From the NCBI GenBank assembly GCA_963716395.1, contig OY970309.1, positions 2,080,001 through 2,144,000 of the forward strand: DNA of 64,000 bases, given 5' to 3'. The notes under the pieces are model-generated. The model saw only the letters and a program-made list of their open reading frames with translations, was not told the origin of the DNA and searched no databases. Positions 49,310 to 58,843 of the stretch are shown piece after piece. The translations under genes and the position numbers were made by a program. Every line of letters begins with the position of its first letter. The stretch's first letter is position 1. The DNA is from an uncultured Fibrobacteria bacterium. GTDB taxonomy: Bacteria > Fibrobacterota > Fibrobacteria > UBA11236.

Positions 49310-49395
49310 GGCGGACTCCTTGTCGTTGAACGTTGAGTTTTTGAATATAAGAACCTCTCCCCGGATTATTCCCGGCCTGCCGAGAACAGCGGGAT

Positions 49396-50754
49396 TCAAG
49401 TGGTGTCGCCGTTCCTCATCGGCTCCGGCGCGCGGCGCGTATAATCGCGGTAACCATTCCATCCGCGGGTGATGGCCACATGTCCGGCGAGAATGCCGGC
49501 CACCGCGCCCAGAATTTCGGTGACGTCGGCCGTGCGGCCGGGCAGGCGGCGTTGCAGGATTTCAATGACGGTGCTGAGCACCAGCGCCGTGGGCAGGCTG
49601 GCCAGCAAGGATCGGGCGCGGCCCGAAGCGAGGTAAGCCGTGATCACCCCGATACTGAAATAGGCCATGACGGCCTGCATGAAATCGGCCAGGGCCGCGA
49701 AGGAAGCGTGATGGTAATAGGGAAGAAAGGGAATGAAATTGAAATGCTTCGCGGTCACCGTGAAATGAAACGGATACAGTTCTTTCAGGCCGATGGCCGT
49801 GACGAATCCGGCCGTGAGCACGGCGATCCAGGCGCGGGGATGCCGGTGCAACGGCGGCAGAAAGGCGGCGCCGAAGCCGAGGCCCGCACCGAGCAGCAGC
49901 ACTACGGTGTCTTCGGGATCGGGCATGCGCGATTGAATCAGGAATTGCATCAATTGCAGCAGGAAGCCGATGGCGAAGGCTACGGCCGCGCCGGTGACGC
50001 GGCCTCCCGGTGCGCGCGCTTCGCGGAAGAGACGGCAGGAAAACAGGGTGAAACAGGCGTAACGCGAAAAGGCCAGCAAATCGTCGGACGAGGGTTTCAT
50101 GGACCAATGCCGTTCCAGCAGCAAGTGCCACTTATAGCCGATGGCGGTCCAATCAAGCGAGAAGTTGAAAGGCTCCCAGGCGCCGGCCAAGACCACTATG
50201 CCGAAGATCAAAGCGGGATAGGCGGCTTCGGCGTCGAGAAAGACGCGCAGGCCCGCATGCGTGCGCAGGTTTTTCAAACCCCGATCCAGCCGCGTGCCCG
50301 ACCAGACTCCCAGCGCCGTGCCCACCGTATTCCAGATCACGTCGCTTAAGGCCGTGAAGCGGCTGGGGGAAAAAATCTGCAGAGACTCGACCGTGATGCT
50401 CAGGCCGCAGCCCAGTGCCACCAGGGCGGCGTTTTTCCAGGCCGAGCGTTTGTCGGAAAGGGCCACATAGCCGAAGAGGCCGAAGGGCCAGAATAAAAGC
50501 ACGTTCTGGATGTAATCGAACCATTGGATGGCATAACCCGCGGGGTGGACCAGGGGAAACCAATCGATCTGCTGCAGACGCTGGTGCAGATACCCGGGGT
50601 CGAGGCGAAAGCGAAACGGCGTGGCCGTGCCGTACACGATGTAAAAGCCGCAAAACACCCACAACAGGCGCGCGAGGCTCTTGGGTTTGGGCGGGGATTC
50701 GAAGACGGCGGGCGGCATCAGGCGGGCGGTGCAAAGGGCCTCAGTAACATACAA
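49396..50754 (-). CDS. Polytopic VanZ-repeat membrane protein
   Basis: NVLLFWPFG, ESLQIFSPSR...SDVIWNT.G and two further VanZ-like units. Confidence 0.8.
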   Translation of the reverse strand: MYVTEALCTARLMPPAVFESPPKPKSLARLLWVFCGFYIVYGTATPFRFRLDPGYLHQRLQQIDWFPLVHPAGYAIQWFDYIQNVLLFWPFGLFGYVALSDKRSAWKNAALVALGCGLSITVESLQIFSPSRFTALSDVIWNTVGTALGVWSGTRLDRGLKNLRTHAGLRVFLDAEAAYPALIFGIVVLAGAWEPFNFSLDWTAIGYKWHLLLERHWSMKPSSDDLLAFSRYACFTLFSCRLFREARAPGGRVTGAAVAFAIGFLLQLMQFLIQSRMPDPEDTVVLLLGAGLGFGAAFLPPLHRHPRAWIAVLTAGFVTAIGLKELYPFHFTVTAKHFNFIPFLPYYHHASFAALADFMQAVMAYFSIGVITAYLASGRARSLLASLPTALVLSTVIEILQRRLPGRTADVTEILGAVAGILAGHVAITRGWNGYRDYTRRAPEPMRNGDTT

Positions 50755-50820
50755 GATACCGGCTCGGGAACCCGGCTCGGGCCCTCTCCGCGGCGGGCGG
50801 ATCGAAGCCGAGAAAATCTT

Positions 50821-51999
50821 TCAAATCAGCGAATCGGGTACGTCGGCCCCTTCGTCGACGCCCGCGACCCCGAAGCCGAACAGGCGCAGAAAATCGGAAT
50901 AGTACCCGGCGCGGTCGGCCTGCGCCGGCAGGTTCTCCGAGGTCACCGTGCGCCACAGCGCCTGCACCTCGGCCTGCACGTCAGCGCGCATTTCCCAGTC
51001 GTCGAGCCGAATGCGCCGCTCGCTGTCGACGGGCACGGGGCTGCCGGCATACAGGCGCGTGCGGAACAGGCGGTTGATCTGCTCGATGCAGCCTTCGTGC
51101 AGACCTTTTTGTTTCATCACCTTGTACAGCACGCTGATGTACAGCGGCATGAAGGGAATGGCCGAACTGGCCTGGGTCACCAGGGCCTTGTTCACCGACA
51201 CATAGGCGTGGCCGCCGATGCGCGCCAGCTTCTCGGCCAAGCGGTGGGCGGTTTTCTCCAAATGGTCTTTGGCCGTGCCGATGGTGCCGTTGCGGTATAC
51301 CGGACGCGTGACTTCGGGACCGATATAGGAGTACGCCAGGGCCGTGGCCCCCGGCGCCAGCAGGTTTTCACGCAGCAGATAATCGACCCACATCTCCCAG
51401 TCTTCGCCGCCCATCACCTGCACGGTGCCCTCGACCTCCTCGGGGGTCGCGGCTTCCAGGGTGACGTCGCTCACCACGCCGGTGTTGACGTCGAGGGTTT
51501 TGTTGGTGTAGGAGCCGCCGATGGGTTTCAGCACGGAACGGTAGGTGATACCCGTGACGGGATGCACGCGCCGCGGGGCGGCCAAGCTGTAGACGAATAA
51601 ATCCACGGGGCCGAGATCGCGCTGCAAGACCGCGGCCGTTTCGGCTTTCAGCGCATCGGCGAAAGCATCGCCGTTCAGGCTGGCGGCATAGAGCCCGGCT
51701 TTGTGCGCCTCGGCTTCGAAGGCCCGCGTTTGATACCAGCCTGGCGACGCGGTGCGCCCCCGTTCCGAAGGGCGTTCGAAAGCCACGCCCAAGGTTCCGG
51801 CCCCGCAGCCGAAAGCCGCGGCGATGCGCGAGGCCAGGCCATAGCCGGTGGACGACCCGATCACCAAAGCCTTGCGCGCGCCGTCGCGTACCGGGCCCTC
51901 GCGCCGCACGTGGCGGATTTGTTCGGCCACCACGGCCGCGCAACCCACGGGATGGGCTGTCGTGCACAGAAAGCCGCGAATTTTCGGTTCGATTACCAT
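50821..51999 (-). CDS. fabV: Enoyl-ACP/trans-2-enoyl-CoA reductase
   Basis: TAHPVGC, GSSTGYGLASRI, NGDAF, YSLAAPRR, VMGGEDW, YSYIGP, TQASSAIP and HEGCIEQ. Confidence 0.95.
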   Translation of the reverse strand: MVIEPKIRGFLCTTAHPVGCAAVVAEQIRHVRREGPVRDGARKALVIGSSTGYGLASRIAAAFGCGAGTLGVAFERPSERGRTASPGWYQTRAFEAEAHKAGLYAASLNGDAFADALKAETAAVLQRDLGPVDLFVYSLAAPRRVHPVTGITYRSVLKPIGGSYTNKTLDVNTGVVSDVTLEAATPEEVEGTVQVMGGEDWEMWVDYLLRENLLAPGATALAYSYIGPEVTRPVYRNGTIGTAKDHLEKTAHRLAEKLARIGGHAYVSVNKALVTQASSAIPFMPLYISVLYKVMKQKGLHEGCIEQINRLFRTRLYAGSPVPVDSERRIRLDDWEMRADVQAEVQALWRTVTSENLPAQADRAGYYSDFLRLFGFGVAGVDEGADVPDSLI

Positions 52000-52136
52000 T
52001 TTGGGTCTCGGCGGCAAAAATTAGCTTCTTGTCGAATTTTGCGCGTTGCCGCGGCGAGGTAGGGACGGGATTCAGAAGGGAGATACCCAAAGATTATCTT
52101 TCCCGTAACCCGCCCCCGCGCGTCCGCCCAGCGCCG

Positions 52137-52172
52137 CACGGGAATGATCACGGGCCTCATCACGGGAATCTT
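52137..52172 (+). repeat. Three 12-bp imperfect direct repeats upstream of dnaN
   Basis: cacgggaatgat / cacgggcctcat / cacgggaatctt. Confidence 0.6.
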
Positions 52173-52191
52173 CGCAGAGGGAAGCCAATCC

Positions 52192-53319
52192 ATGAAATTC
52201 GAGGTGCACAAGCCGGTATTTTTGGACGCGCTGCAAATGGCCTGCAACGCCATCCCCAGCAAAACCACCTTGCAAATCCTCTACAACCTGCTCTTTCGCC
52301 TGCAGGGCAATGAGCTGGAAATCCGCGCCACCGATCTCGACATGACCATCGTGCTCAAGCTCGCGGTCGAAGGCCATGAAGACGGATCCATCGTGGTGAA
52401 CGCGCGCAAGCTGCTGGAAGTGGTGAAAGAACTGCCGGATTTTCCCGTGTTGGTGGCGGTCGACGACTTTCTCTTCACTATCAAATCCGAATCCGGATTC
52501 CAGGGCAATCTCACCGGCTACGACGCGGCCGAATATCCCTCGCTGCCCGAAGTCGAGCAGGGCCGGACCTTTCAGGTCGCGCTCAAAGATCTGCGTTTCC
52601 TGGCCGACAAGACCAGCTTCGCGGTCTCCAGTGACTTCAGCCGCATGAGCCTCACCGGCGTGTTTTGCGAAAGCAAGAATGGGCAGCTCGAAATGGTGGC
52701 CACCGACGGGCACCGCTTCGGCAAGGCCTGGGTCGCGTCCGCCTTAGGCGGACCTGGAGCGGACTTCCCGGGCGTGATTCTGCCGCCCAAGGCCCTGGCC
52801 CAGGTGTTGCGCATGTCCGAAGATCCTGAGCAGGCCATCGACGTCGAAATCGGATCGGCCCAGGCCCGATTCAGCACGTCGACCATCACCTTGATCACAA
52901 AGCTTATCGATGGGCCCTATCCCAACTACGAAAACGTGATCCCCAAAGAGTTTTCCCGCACCCTGCAATGCGGGCGCGAGCACCTCATGGCCGTGCTGCG
53001 GCGCGTCTCGACCATGGCCCATTCCAAAACACGCCTGGTGGTCTTCCGCTTCGAAGACAAAACGCTCCAGTTGTCGGCCCGCAACCCCGATCTCGGGGGC
53101 GACTCCGAAGAATCGCTGCCGGCCGTCTTCCAGGGCGAGCCCACCGAAGTGGGCCTCAACGCCGCCTATTTGCTGGAAGAGTTGCGCCTGGCGCCCTGTG
53201 AGGAAATCCGTTTCAAGTTCAACAATCCCCTGGGCGCCGTGCTGGTCGAACCCGTGGTCGAACAACCCGGTTATTTCTTCATCGTGATGCCGCTGCGCAT
53301 CCTCAACGAACCCGCCTGA
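52192..53319 (+). CDS. dnaN: DNA polymerase III beta clamp
   Basis: IRATDLD, EYPSLP, MVATDGHR, LIDGPYPNYENVIP, GLNAAYL and IVMPLR. Confidence 0.96.
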   Translation: MKFEVHKPVFLDALQMACNAIPSKTTLQILYNLLFRLQGNELEIRATDLDMTIVLKLAVEGHEDGSIVVNARKLLEVVKELPDFPVLVAVDDFLFTIKSESGFQGNLTGYDAAEYPSLPEVEQGRTFQVALKDLRFLADKTSFAVSSDFSRMSLTGVFCESKNGQLEMVATDGHRFGKAWVASALGGPGADFPGVILPPKALAQVLRMSEDPEQAIDVEIGSAQARFSTSTITLITKLIDGPYPNYENVIPKEFSRTLQCGREHLMAVLRRVSTMAHSKTRLVVFRFEDKTLQLSARNPDLGGDSEESLPAVFQGEPTEVGLNAAYLLEELRLAPCEEIRFKFNNPLGAVLVEPVVEQPGYFFIVMPLRILNEPA

Positions 53320-53347
53320 CATCCTCCCGCGGCGGAGGGCAGCGCCG

Positions 53348-54073
53348 TCAAAAACAGGGTTTGGATCGCTGCAACAGCACGGCGTACAGCGAGTCGCGCA
53401 GAAAATAAAAGCGCATGGATTCGTAGCGCGTCGTACTGTCGCCGCCCGTTGAATCCGGCCGGGCGCGGCCCTGCCAGCGATAGCGAAGTTCCCGGGGCTG
53501 TTGCAAGAACGGGGTTCCCAACGCCGCGCGGATGGCCTCTGCGGTCATGCCGGAGCGCAGCCAGAGCGAAGGATGGGGAAAATCCCCGGAGATCACCCAG
53601 CTTTCCACGCAGGGGTGCTCCTGTTCGAAAAGCCCGTTACCATAGGCCTTGCGGAACAAGGTGTCGTCGCGGTAGGCATCGTCGAAAGCATAGGGCGTCA
53701 CCGCCACCGGGTCGGGCGGAAATACGAAGTTGGTGTCGAACAAATCGCCGATGCGCACCGTGTCTTCGGGGTGCCCGGGCCGCACCGCCTGCGTATCCTG
53801 CGCCAGGCTGTCGGCCGCCTCCATGGTGTCGAACACGGCGAACAGACTGTCGGCGCCGGTGTCGGGTAACCCGGTCAGGCGGCGCGGGGCATAGGCGATG
53901 GAGTCCCACGCCGGCAGCCAGGACGCGGCGGTCTTCGTCTTCTCTTTCTGCTGGCAGGCCGAAAGCACCAACACCAGGCCAACTGCCAGGATCCGGCCGA
54001 GGCGACGGATTCTTCCCGGGCGCGATTTTTCGGGGAGTGGGTGGAGGAATAAGAACATTGGAGGCCGCCACAA
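53348..54073 (-). CDS. Hypothetical lipoprotein
   Basis: LSAC lipobox after a hydrophobic stretch; GMTAEAIRAALGTP motif. The start is uncertain. Confidence 0.55.
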   Translation of the reverse strand: MWRPPMFLFLHPLPEKSRPGRIRRLGRILAVGLVLVLSACQQKEKTKTAASWLPAWDSIAYAPRRLTGLPDTGADSLFAVFDTMEAADSLAQDTQAVRPGHPEDTVRIGDLFDTNFVFPPDPVAVTPYAFDDAYRDDTLFRKAYGNGLFEQEHPCVESWVISGDFPHPSLWLRSGMTAEAIRAALGTPFLQQPRELRYRWQGRARPDSTGGDSTTRYESMRFYFLRDSLYAVLLQRSKPCF

Positions 54074-54235
54074 TTTAGGAAAAAGGCCCCTCGCGAGTTC
54101 CGGGGCATTCGGCGGCTGCAGAAGTTTGAGTGAAACTACAAGTTGTTTCCTGCTTTCTCGGCAATTTGCAATACCCCCCGGCCAGCCGTAAAATCGGGGT
54201 TGAATAGACAGGCCGTTACGGCCGCAGGGGATGGA

Positions 54236-54826
54236 ATGCGGGTTGTATTGGGATGTGGATGGATGGTAACCTCGGCGTTTCTGACCGTCGCGGTCGCTGC
54301 GGAATTCCGCGTCGACACGGCCCAGGAGGCGGCGGATTATCGGAACGGCGACTTCGAAAAGTTGAGCGGCGAGCTCAGTCCCATTTTATCCCCGGGCACC
54401 GCGTGTTCCCGTACCGATAGCATGCAGGCCTGGAAATATCTCGCGGTGATATATGCGGCGGCGCCGGCCACGCGCGAAAAGGGCCGCTATTGCATGCTGC
54501 GTCTGCTCGATTTGGATTCCAACGCCGATTTGCTGGATTTGTTCGCCAGCGAAGAAGTCAACGATTTGTTCCAACGCGCGCGGCGAGAACATGTTTTGAC
54601 CGAGGAAAGCGCTCCGCCGCTCACCCAGCCCGATTCCCCCTCGGTGGCCTCCGCTTCCCATCCCGATTCGGCATCGGCTGACACCGGAACCGTGGCCCTG
54701 GAAGACATCCGGCCCCGGCAATGGGTGGTTTCGGCCCTGGCTGCGGCCGCCGTGGCCGGCATGACCTGGTACACCTGGGAAAACTATCCGGAACGGGGTA
54801 AGATCTATCATGTCTCGGAACCGTGA
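54236..54826 (+). CDS. Hypothetical exported protein with helical domain and C-terminal TM
   Basis: Signal-like N-terminus; AWKYLAVIYAA.P.TREKGRY.M.RLL; C-terminal hydrophobic segment; overlaps the next gene. Confidence 0.55.
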   Translation: MRVVLGCGWMVTSAFLTVAVAAEFRVDTAQEAADYRNGDFEKLSGELSPILSPGTACSRTDSMQAWKYLAVIYAAAPATREKGRYCMLRLLDLDSNADLLDLFASEEVNDLFQRARREHVLTEESAPPLTQPDSPSVASASHPDSASADTGTVALEDIRPRQWVVSALAAAAVAGMTWYTWENYPERGKIYHVSEP

Positions 54827-55808
54827 TCGCCTGCGGGTTTTTGCCCTGCCGGCCGCTTTGGCCGCGGCGCTGGCTTCGACGCGTTGCGAACTCGTGAACA
54901 ATCCGAGTCCGGAAACCTATTTCGACGTGCAGGTGCCGGATTCGTTGACGGCCTACGGCCGTGTGGTGGTGTTGCTCAACGATGCGACGGGAAATTTGAT
55001 CGACACCTTATACGCGGGCGCACTCACCTCTCCTTCCCAGCTGGCCAAATTGCCCGTGCCGGGATTTCAGGCCGCGGTTCCGGTGCAGGTGCAAATCCTG
55101 GGCCTGGTGGGCGACAGCGCCGTTTACTCGCAGACGCGTTATTTCGATCCGCTCACCCAATCGGTCCAGCCGCTTCCGCCTCCCTCTTCGTCAACCACTT
55201 CGTCAACCACTTCATCCCCATCGTCTTCCACTACCCCTGCTTCGACCCGCCTCAATGCGCCGGCGGCGGGGTTCGCTTTGACGCCCGCCGACACCGTGCT
55301 CCCGGCCGGCGATTCTTTGGTGTTTCGCGTAACGGCGTCGGGGTCAACGCTTCCCGTACGTGTGCTGTGGGATGAAAACGGCGATGGAATCTGGGATGAT
55401 TCGCTGCGGCCCGATCCCGGCGACCCGGCCATGGTTTTCGGCTTCCGCAGCACGTCGGCCGAAACGGCGACCCCGGTGGTGGCGCGGCTGTTTTTCGCCG
55501 CGGGTGATTCGCTCACCTTGCAGGCGCGGGTGACCGTGGCCTGGGACCCGCCCACGGCCGCGGCCGGGCCCGACACCAGCGTTCCCGTCGGTGGCGTTAT
55601 TCTGCTGCATGCCGGCGGCACCAGCGCCGTGCGGGCCATCGCCGCACGCGCCTGGAAAATCGACGACGGGGCGTTTTGGTCGGTGCCCTGGGAGAATACC
55701 ACTACGCCCGCGCCCGCGGTGCCCGGGGTCTATGACTTTGTGCTACGCGTAACGGATACCGACAGCCTTACCGCCGTGGATACCATGGTGGTGACGGTCA
55801 CTCCCTAA
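54810..55808 (+). CDS. Hypothetical lipoprotein with Ser/Thr linker and PKD-like domains
   Basis: Hydrophobic stretch then Cys; SSTT linker; WDENGDGIWD and PTAAAGPDTSV...LRVTDTD. Confidence 0.6.
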   Translation: MSRNRDRLRVFALPAALAAALASTRCELVNNPSPETYFDVQVPDSLTAYGRVVVLLNDATGNLIDTLYAGALTSPSQLAKLPVPGFQAAVPVQVQILGLVGDSAVYSQTRYFDPLTQSVQPLPPPSSSTTSSTTSSPSSSTTPASTRLNAPAAGFALTPADTVLPAGDSLVFRVTASGSTLPVRVLWDENGDGIWDDSLRPDPGDPAMVFGFRSTSAETATPVVARLFFAAGDSLTLQARVTVAWDPPTAAAGPDTSVPVGGVILLHAGGTSAVRAIAARAWKIDDGAFWSVPWENTTTPAPAVPGVYDFVLRVTDTDSLTAVDTMVVTVTP

Positions 55809-57106
55809 GTCATTCCCATTCCCATTCCCATTTCCGGTACGGCCTTGGCCAGGGCTTCGGCGGCGCGGTCGAGCACGGCGTCGTTGTGCGCGCTGGAAAG
55901 AAAGCACGCTTCGAATTGCGAGGGCGCGAAGTACAACCCGGCTTTGAGGCAGGCCCGGAAAAAGCGGGCGAAAGCCTGAAGGTCGCAGGCCTGGGCCGAG
56001 GCATAATCGCGCACCGGCTGGGCCGAGCAGAATACCGTGAGCATGGAACCGACGCGGTTCACCTGCCAGGGAAAGGACGCCGCGGCCAGAGCGGCGCGCA
56101 AGTCGGTTTCCCATCGCTGTGCCAGCCTTTCCAGCGGGAGGTAGAAATCCGAGTCCGACAGGGCGTGCAGGCAGGCCAATCCCGCCGCCACGGCCAGGGG
56201 ATTGCCCGACAGGGTTCCCGCCTGGTACACGGGACCGTCGGGGCTCAACAAATCCATGATCTCGCCGCGGCCGCCGTAGGCCGCCAGCGGCAACCCGCCG
56301 CCGATGATTTTGCCGAGCACGGTGAGGTCGGGTTTCACCCCGTACAGGCCCTGCGCGCCTTGCAGCGAAAGGCGAAAGCCCGTCATCACCTCGTCGAAAA
56401 TGAGCAGGGTGTTCTGTCCGTCGCACAGCTTGCGCAAGGCGGGAAGAAAGCCGGCTTCGGGCGCGATCACACCCATATTGCCCATCACCGGCTCCACGAT
56501 CACGGCGGCGATGGCCCCGCCATGCGCCGCGAACAGGGCCTTCACCGAAGCGATATCGTTGAAATCGGCGATCAAGGTGTCGGCCGCCGCGCCGCGCGTC
56601 ACGCCCGGGCTGCTCGGGTTGCCGAAGGTGGCGGCGCCCGATCCGGCTGCGACCAGAAAGGCGTCGGCATGGCCGTGGTAACATCCGCGGAACTTCACGA
56701 TCTTCTCGCGCCGCGTATAGCCGCGGGCCAGGCGCACGGCCGACATGGCGGCTTCGGTACCCGAGCAGGTGAGGCGGACTTTTTCCAGCGAGGGCAAAAA
56801 GCGGCACAAGGTTTCGGCCAATTCGGTTTCGCCTTCGGTACAGGCGCCGAAGCTCAGACCCTTTTCCGCGGCCCGGCGCACGGCCTCGACCACGGCCGGA
56901 TGCGCGTGCCCCAGAATCATCGGCCCCCAGGACAGAACGAAGTCGATATAGTCTTTGCCGTCGGCGTCGCGCAGCAGAGCTCCGCGCGCCGAGTCGATGA
57001 ACACGGGGGTGCCGCCTACGGATTTGAAGGCCCGCACCGGCGAATTCACGCCTCCGGGGATGACCTTTTGGGCGCGGGCGAAGCGATCGCCGGAATCATG
57101 GCTCAT
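55805..57106 (-). CDS. hemL: Glutamate-1-semialdehyde 2,1-aminomutase
   Basis: IPGGVNSPVRAF, SWGPMILGH, SGTEA, FDEVMTGFR, GKIIGGGLP and YQAGTLSGNP. Confidence 0.97.
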   Translation of the reverse strand: MSHDSGDRFARAQKVIPGGVNSPVRAFKSVGGTPVFIDSARGALLRDADGKDYIDFVLSWGPMILGHAHPAVVEAVRRAAEKGLSFGACTEGETELAETLCRFLPSLEKVRLTCSGTEAAMSAVRLARGYTRREKIVKFRGCYHGHADAFLVAAGSGAATFGNPSSPGVTRGAAADTLIADFNDIASVKALFAAHGGAIAAVIVEPVMGNMGVIAPEAGFLPALRKLCDGQNTLLIFDEVMTGFRLSLQGAQGLYGVKPDLTVLGKIIGGGLPLAAYGGRGEIMDLLSPDGPVYQAGTLSGNPLAVAAGLACLHALSDSDFYLPLERLAQRWETDLRAALAAASFPWQVNRVGSMLTVFCSAQPVRDYASAQACDLQAFARFFRACLKAGLYFAPSQFEACFLSSAHNDAVLDRAAEALAKAVPEMGMGMGMT

Positions 57107-57873
57107 GCGGAATCCTGGTTGCGGGGTTCGGGAAAAAATACCGCCTTCAGCGCCGCCAGTAAACCCGCGTTGTCGGCCGTGGGCGCAAGGCGGGGATGCG
57201 GCACGCCGTGTTGCTGCAAGGCCTCGCCGGCGCTCGCTCCGATGGAGATGGAAATGGGGCCCGGCGTTTGGTCCAGGCCGGTGGCCAGTGCGGGCGCGGC
57301 CGCGAACAGATTGTGCACCGCCGACCCCGAAGCCAAGAGCACGGCTTGCAGGCCCGGCCAGGTGGCCTGCAATTGCGCGCCGGCTTGAGCCGGGCAGGCC
57401 GGAGCATACAGGGCCAGATTTTCCACGTCGAACCCGCGCCGGGCGAACAGGTCGGGATCGAGGCGCGTTTGCGTGGAGCAAAGATGCAGCAGGCGCAGCC
57501 GTTTGCGCCGCGGCGCTTCGTTTAAAAATCCATGCAGCGACGGTTCGTTTGGGGCGAAAGCCACGCGCGCGCCCAAGGCTTCGGCCTGCGCGCGCGCTTT
57601 GCCGCTGATGAGATACCAGGGGCGGCCCGTGAGCGCCGCCCGCGCGCGTGCGCCCGCCTGCTCCGCCAGCAGCGGAATCAGGCTGGGCGATGAGATTAAA
57701 AATCCGTCGTGGGCGCCGGTGGCCTCGTGCACCAAGGCCGCCAGGCCTGCGGGTTCGAGCCGCAATTCCACCAGCGGCACCTCCAGGGCGGCAAAGCCGG
57801 CGGCGCGCAACAGCGCGCTGAGCGGGGCGGCTTGCGCGGCCGGGCGCGTGTTCAGCACGGCGATCATTTCCAC
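57103..57873 (-). CDS. hemD: Uroporphyrinogen-III synthase
   Basis: VLNTRP, VPLVE, ASGSAV and SIG motifs; lies between hemC and hemL. Confidence 0.85.
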   Translation of the reverse strand: MEMIAVLNTRPAAQAAPLSALLRAAGFAALEVPLVELRLEPAGLAALVHEATGAHDGFLISSPSLIPLLAEQAGARARAALTGRPWYLISGKARAQAEALGARVAFAPNEPSLHGFLNEAPRRKRLRLLHLCSTQTRLDPDLFARRGFDVENLALYAPACPAQAGAQLQATWPGLQAVLLASGSAVHNLFAAAPALATGLDQTPGPISISIGASAGEALQQHGVPHPRLAPTADNAGLLAALKAVFFPEPRNQDSA

Positions 57874-57880
57874 TCCGGGT

Positions 57881-58843
57881 TCATAGGTCGCGCGGTGTGC
57901 GGATGTTGCGGGCCCGGCATTCTTCCAGCATTTCTGCGGCGGTTTCGTCGATGGCGGCGTCGACTTCCTCGGAGCCGAAGCTGCGCTCCAGACGCAGGTG
58001 CCGGTGTGTGTCGGGATCGCCCAGCACGGCTAACAGACGGAAGCCTTCGCCCGAGGCGTACACATGCGCGGCCATCGGCACCTTGCAGCCGCCGCCCACG
58101 GCCGCCATGAAGCGGCGCTCGGCCGTCACCGCGTCGGCGGTGGGTGCATGATTTAAGGCCGCGAGCCGGCGGCGCGTGGCGTCGTCGTCGGCCCGGCATT
58201 CCAGGGCCAAGGCGGCCTGCCCGATGGCGGGAATGCATTCGGTCAAGTGAAAGGGATGGGTGATGACCTCGGCCCGCCCCAGCCGCCGCAATCCCGCGGC
58301 GGCCAGCACCACGCCCGCCGCTTCACCCCGTTTGATCTTGGCGAGACGCGTATCCACATTCCCGCGGATGGGTACGAAATCGAGGTCGGGCCGCAAGGCG
58401 CGCAATTGCAAGACGCGGCGCGGCGAACCCGTTCCCACCTTGGCGCCGGAGGGCAGGTCGGCGAAGCGCAGGCCCTCCGACACGAATACGTCGCGGGGGT
58501 CTTCGCGCTCGGGAAAGGCGGCCAACACCAAATCGCGCGGCTCTTCTTCGGGAACATCTTTGAGCGAATGCACGGCGGCGTCGATGCGGCCGGCCTGCAG
58601 GGCGGATTGCAATTCCTTGACGAACACCCCGAAGGCGGGAAAGGCGTCGAGGCGCGTGTGCCGATCCACATCCCCCGAGGTATGGATGATTTCGAGGCGC
58701 ACCGACAACCCCGGATGGGCGGCTTCAAGCCACCGTTGCACCATGCCCGATTGCGCCACCGCCAGCGGGCTGCCGCGGCTGCCGAGCGTCAATACGCGCG
58801 CAGCCTTCTTCGCCGCGGGCGAAGGATGGGGGCGATCAGCCAT
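57881..58843 (-). CDS. hemC: Hydroxymethylbilane synthase
   Basis: GSRGSPLAVAQ, GVFVKEL, AVHSLKDVP, GTGSPRR, RGNVDTRL and GGCKVP. Confidence 0.96.
   Translation of the reverse strand: MADRPHPSPAAKKAARVLTLGSRGSPLAVAQSGMVQRWLEAAHPGLSVRLEIIHTSGDVDRHTRLDAFPAFGVFVKELQSALQAGRIDAAVHSLKDVPEEEPRDLVLAAFPEREDPRDVFVSEGLRFADLPSGAKVGTGSPRRVLQLRALRPDLDFVPIRGNVDTRLAKIKRGEAAGVVLAAAGLRRLGRAEVITHPFHLTECIPAIGQAALALECRADDDATRRRLAALNHAPTADAVTAERRFMAAVGGGCKVPMAAHVYASGEGFRLLAVLGDPDTHRHLRLERSFGSEEVDAAIDETAAEMLEECRARNIRTPRDL

Noticed and set aside
52020-52190. Replication origin near dnaN
   Set aside because: No DnaA-box cluster, AT-rich unwinding element or dnaA seen.
55188-55235. 12-bp tandem repeat tcgtcaaccact
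   Set aside because: Encodes an ordinary Ser/Thr linker; not CRISPR-like.
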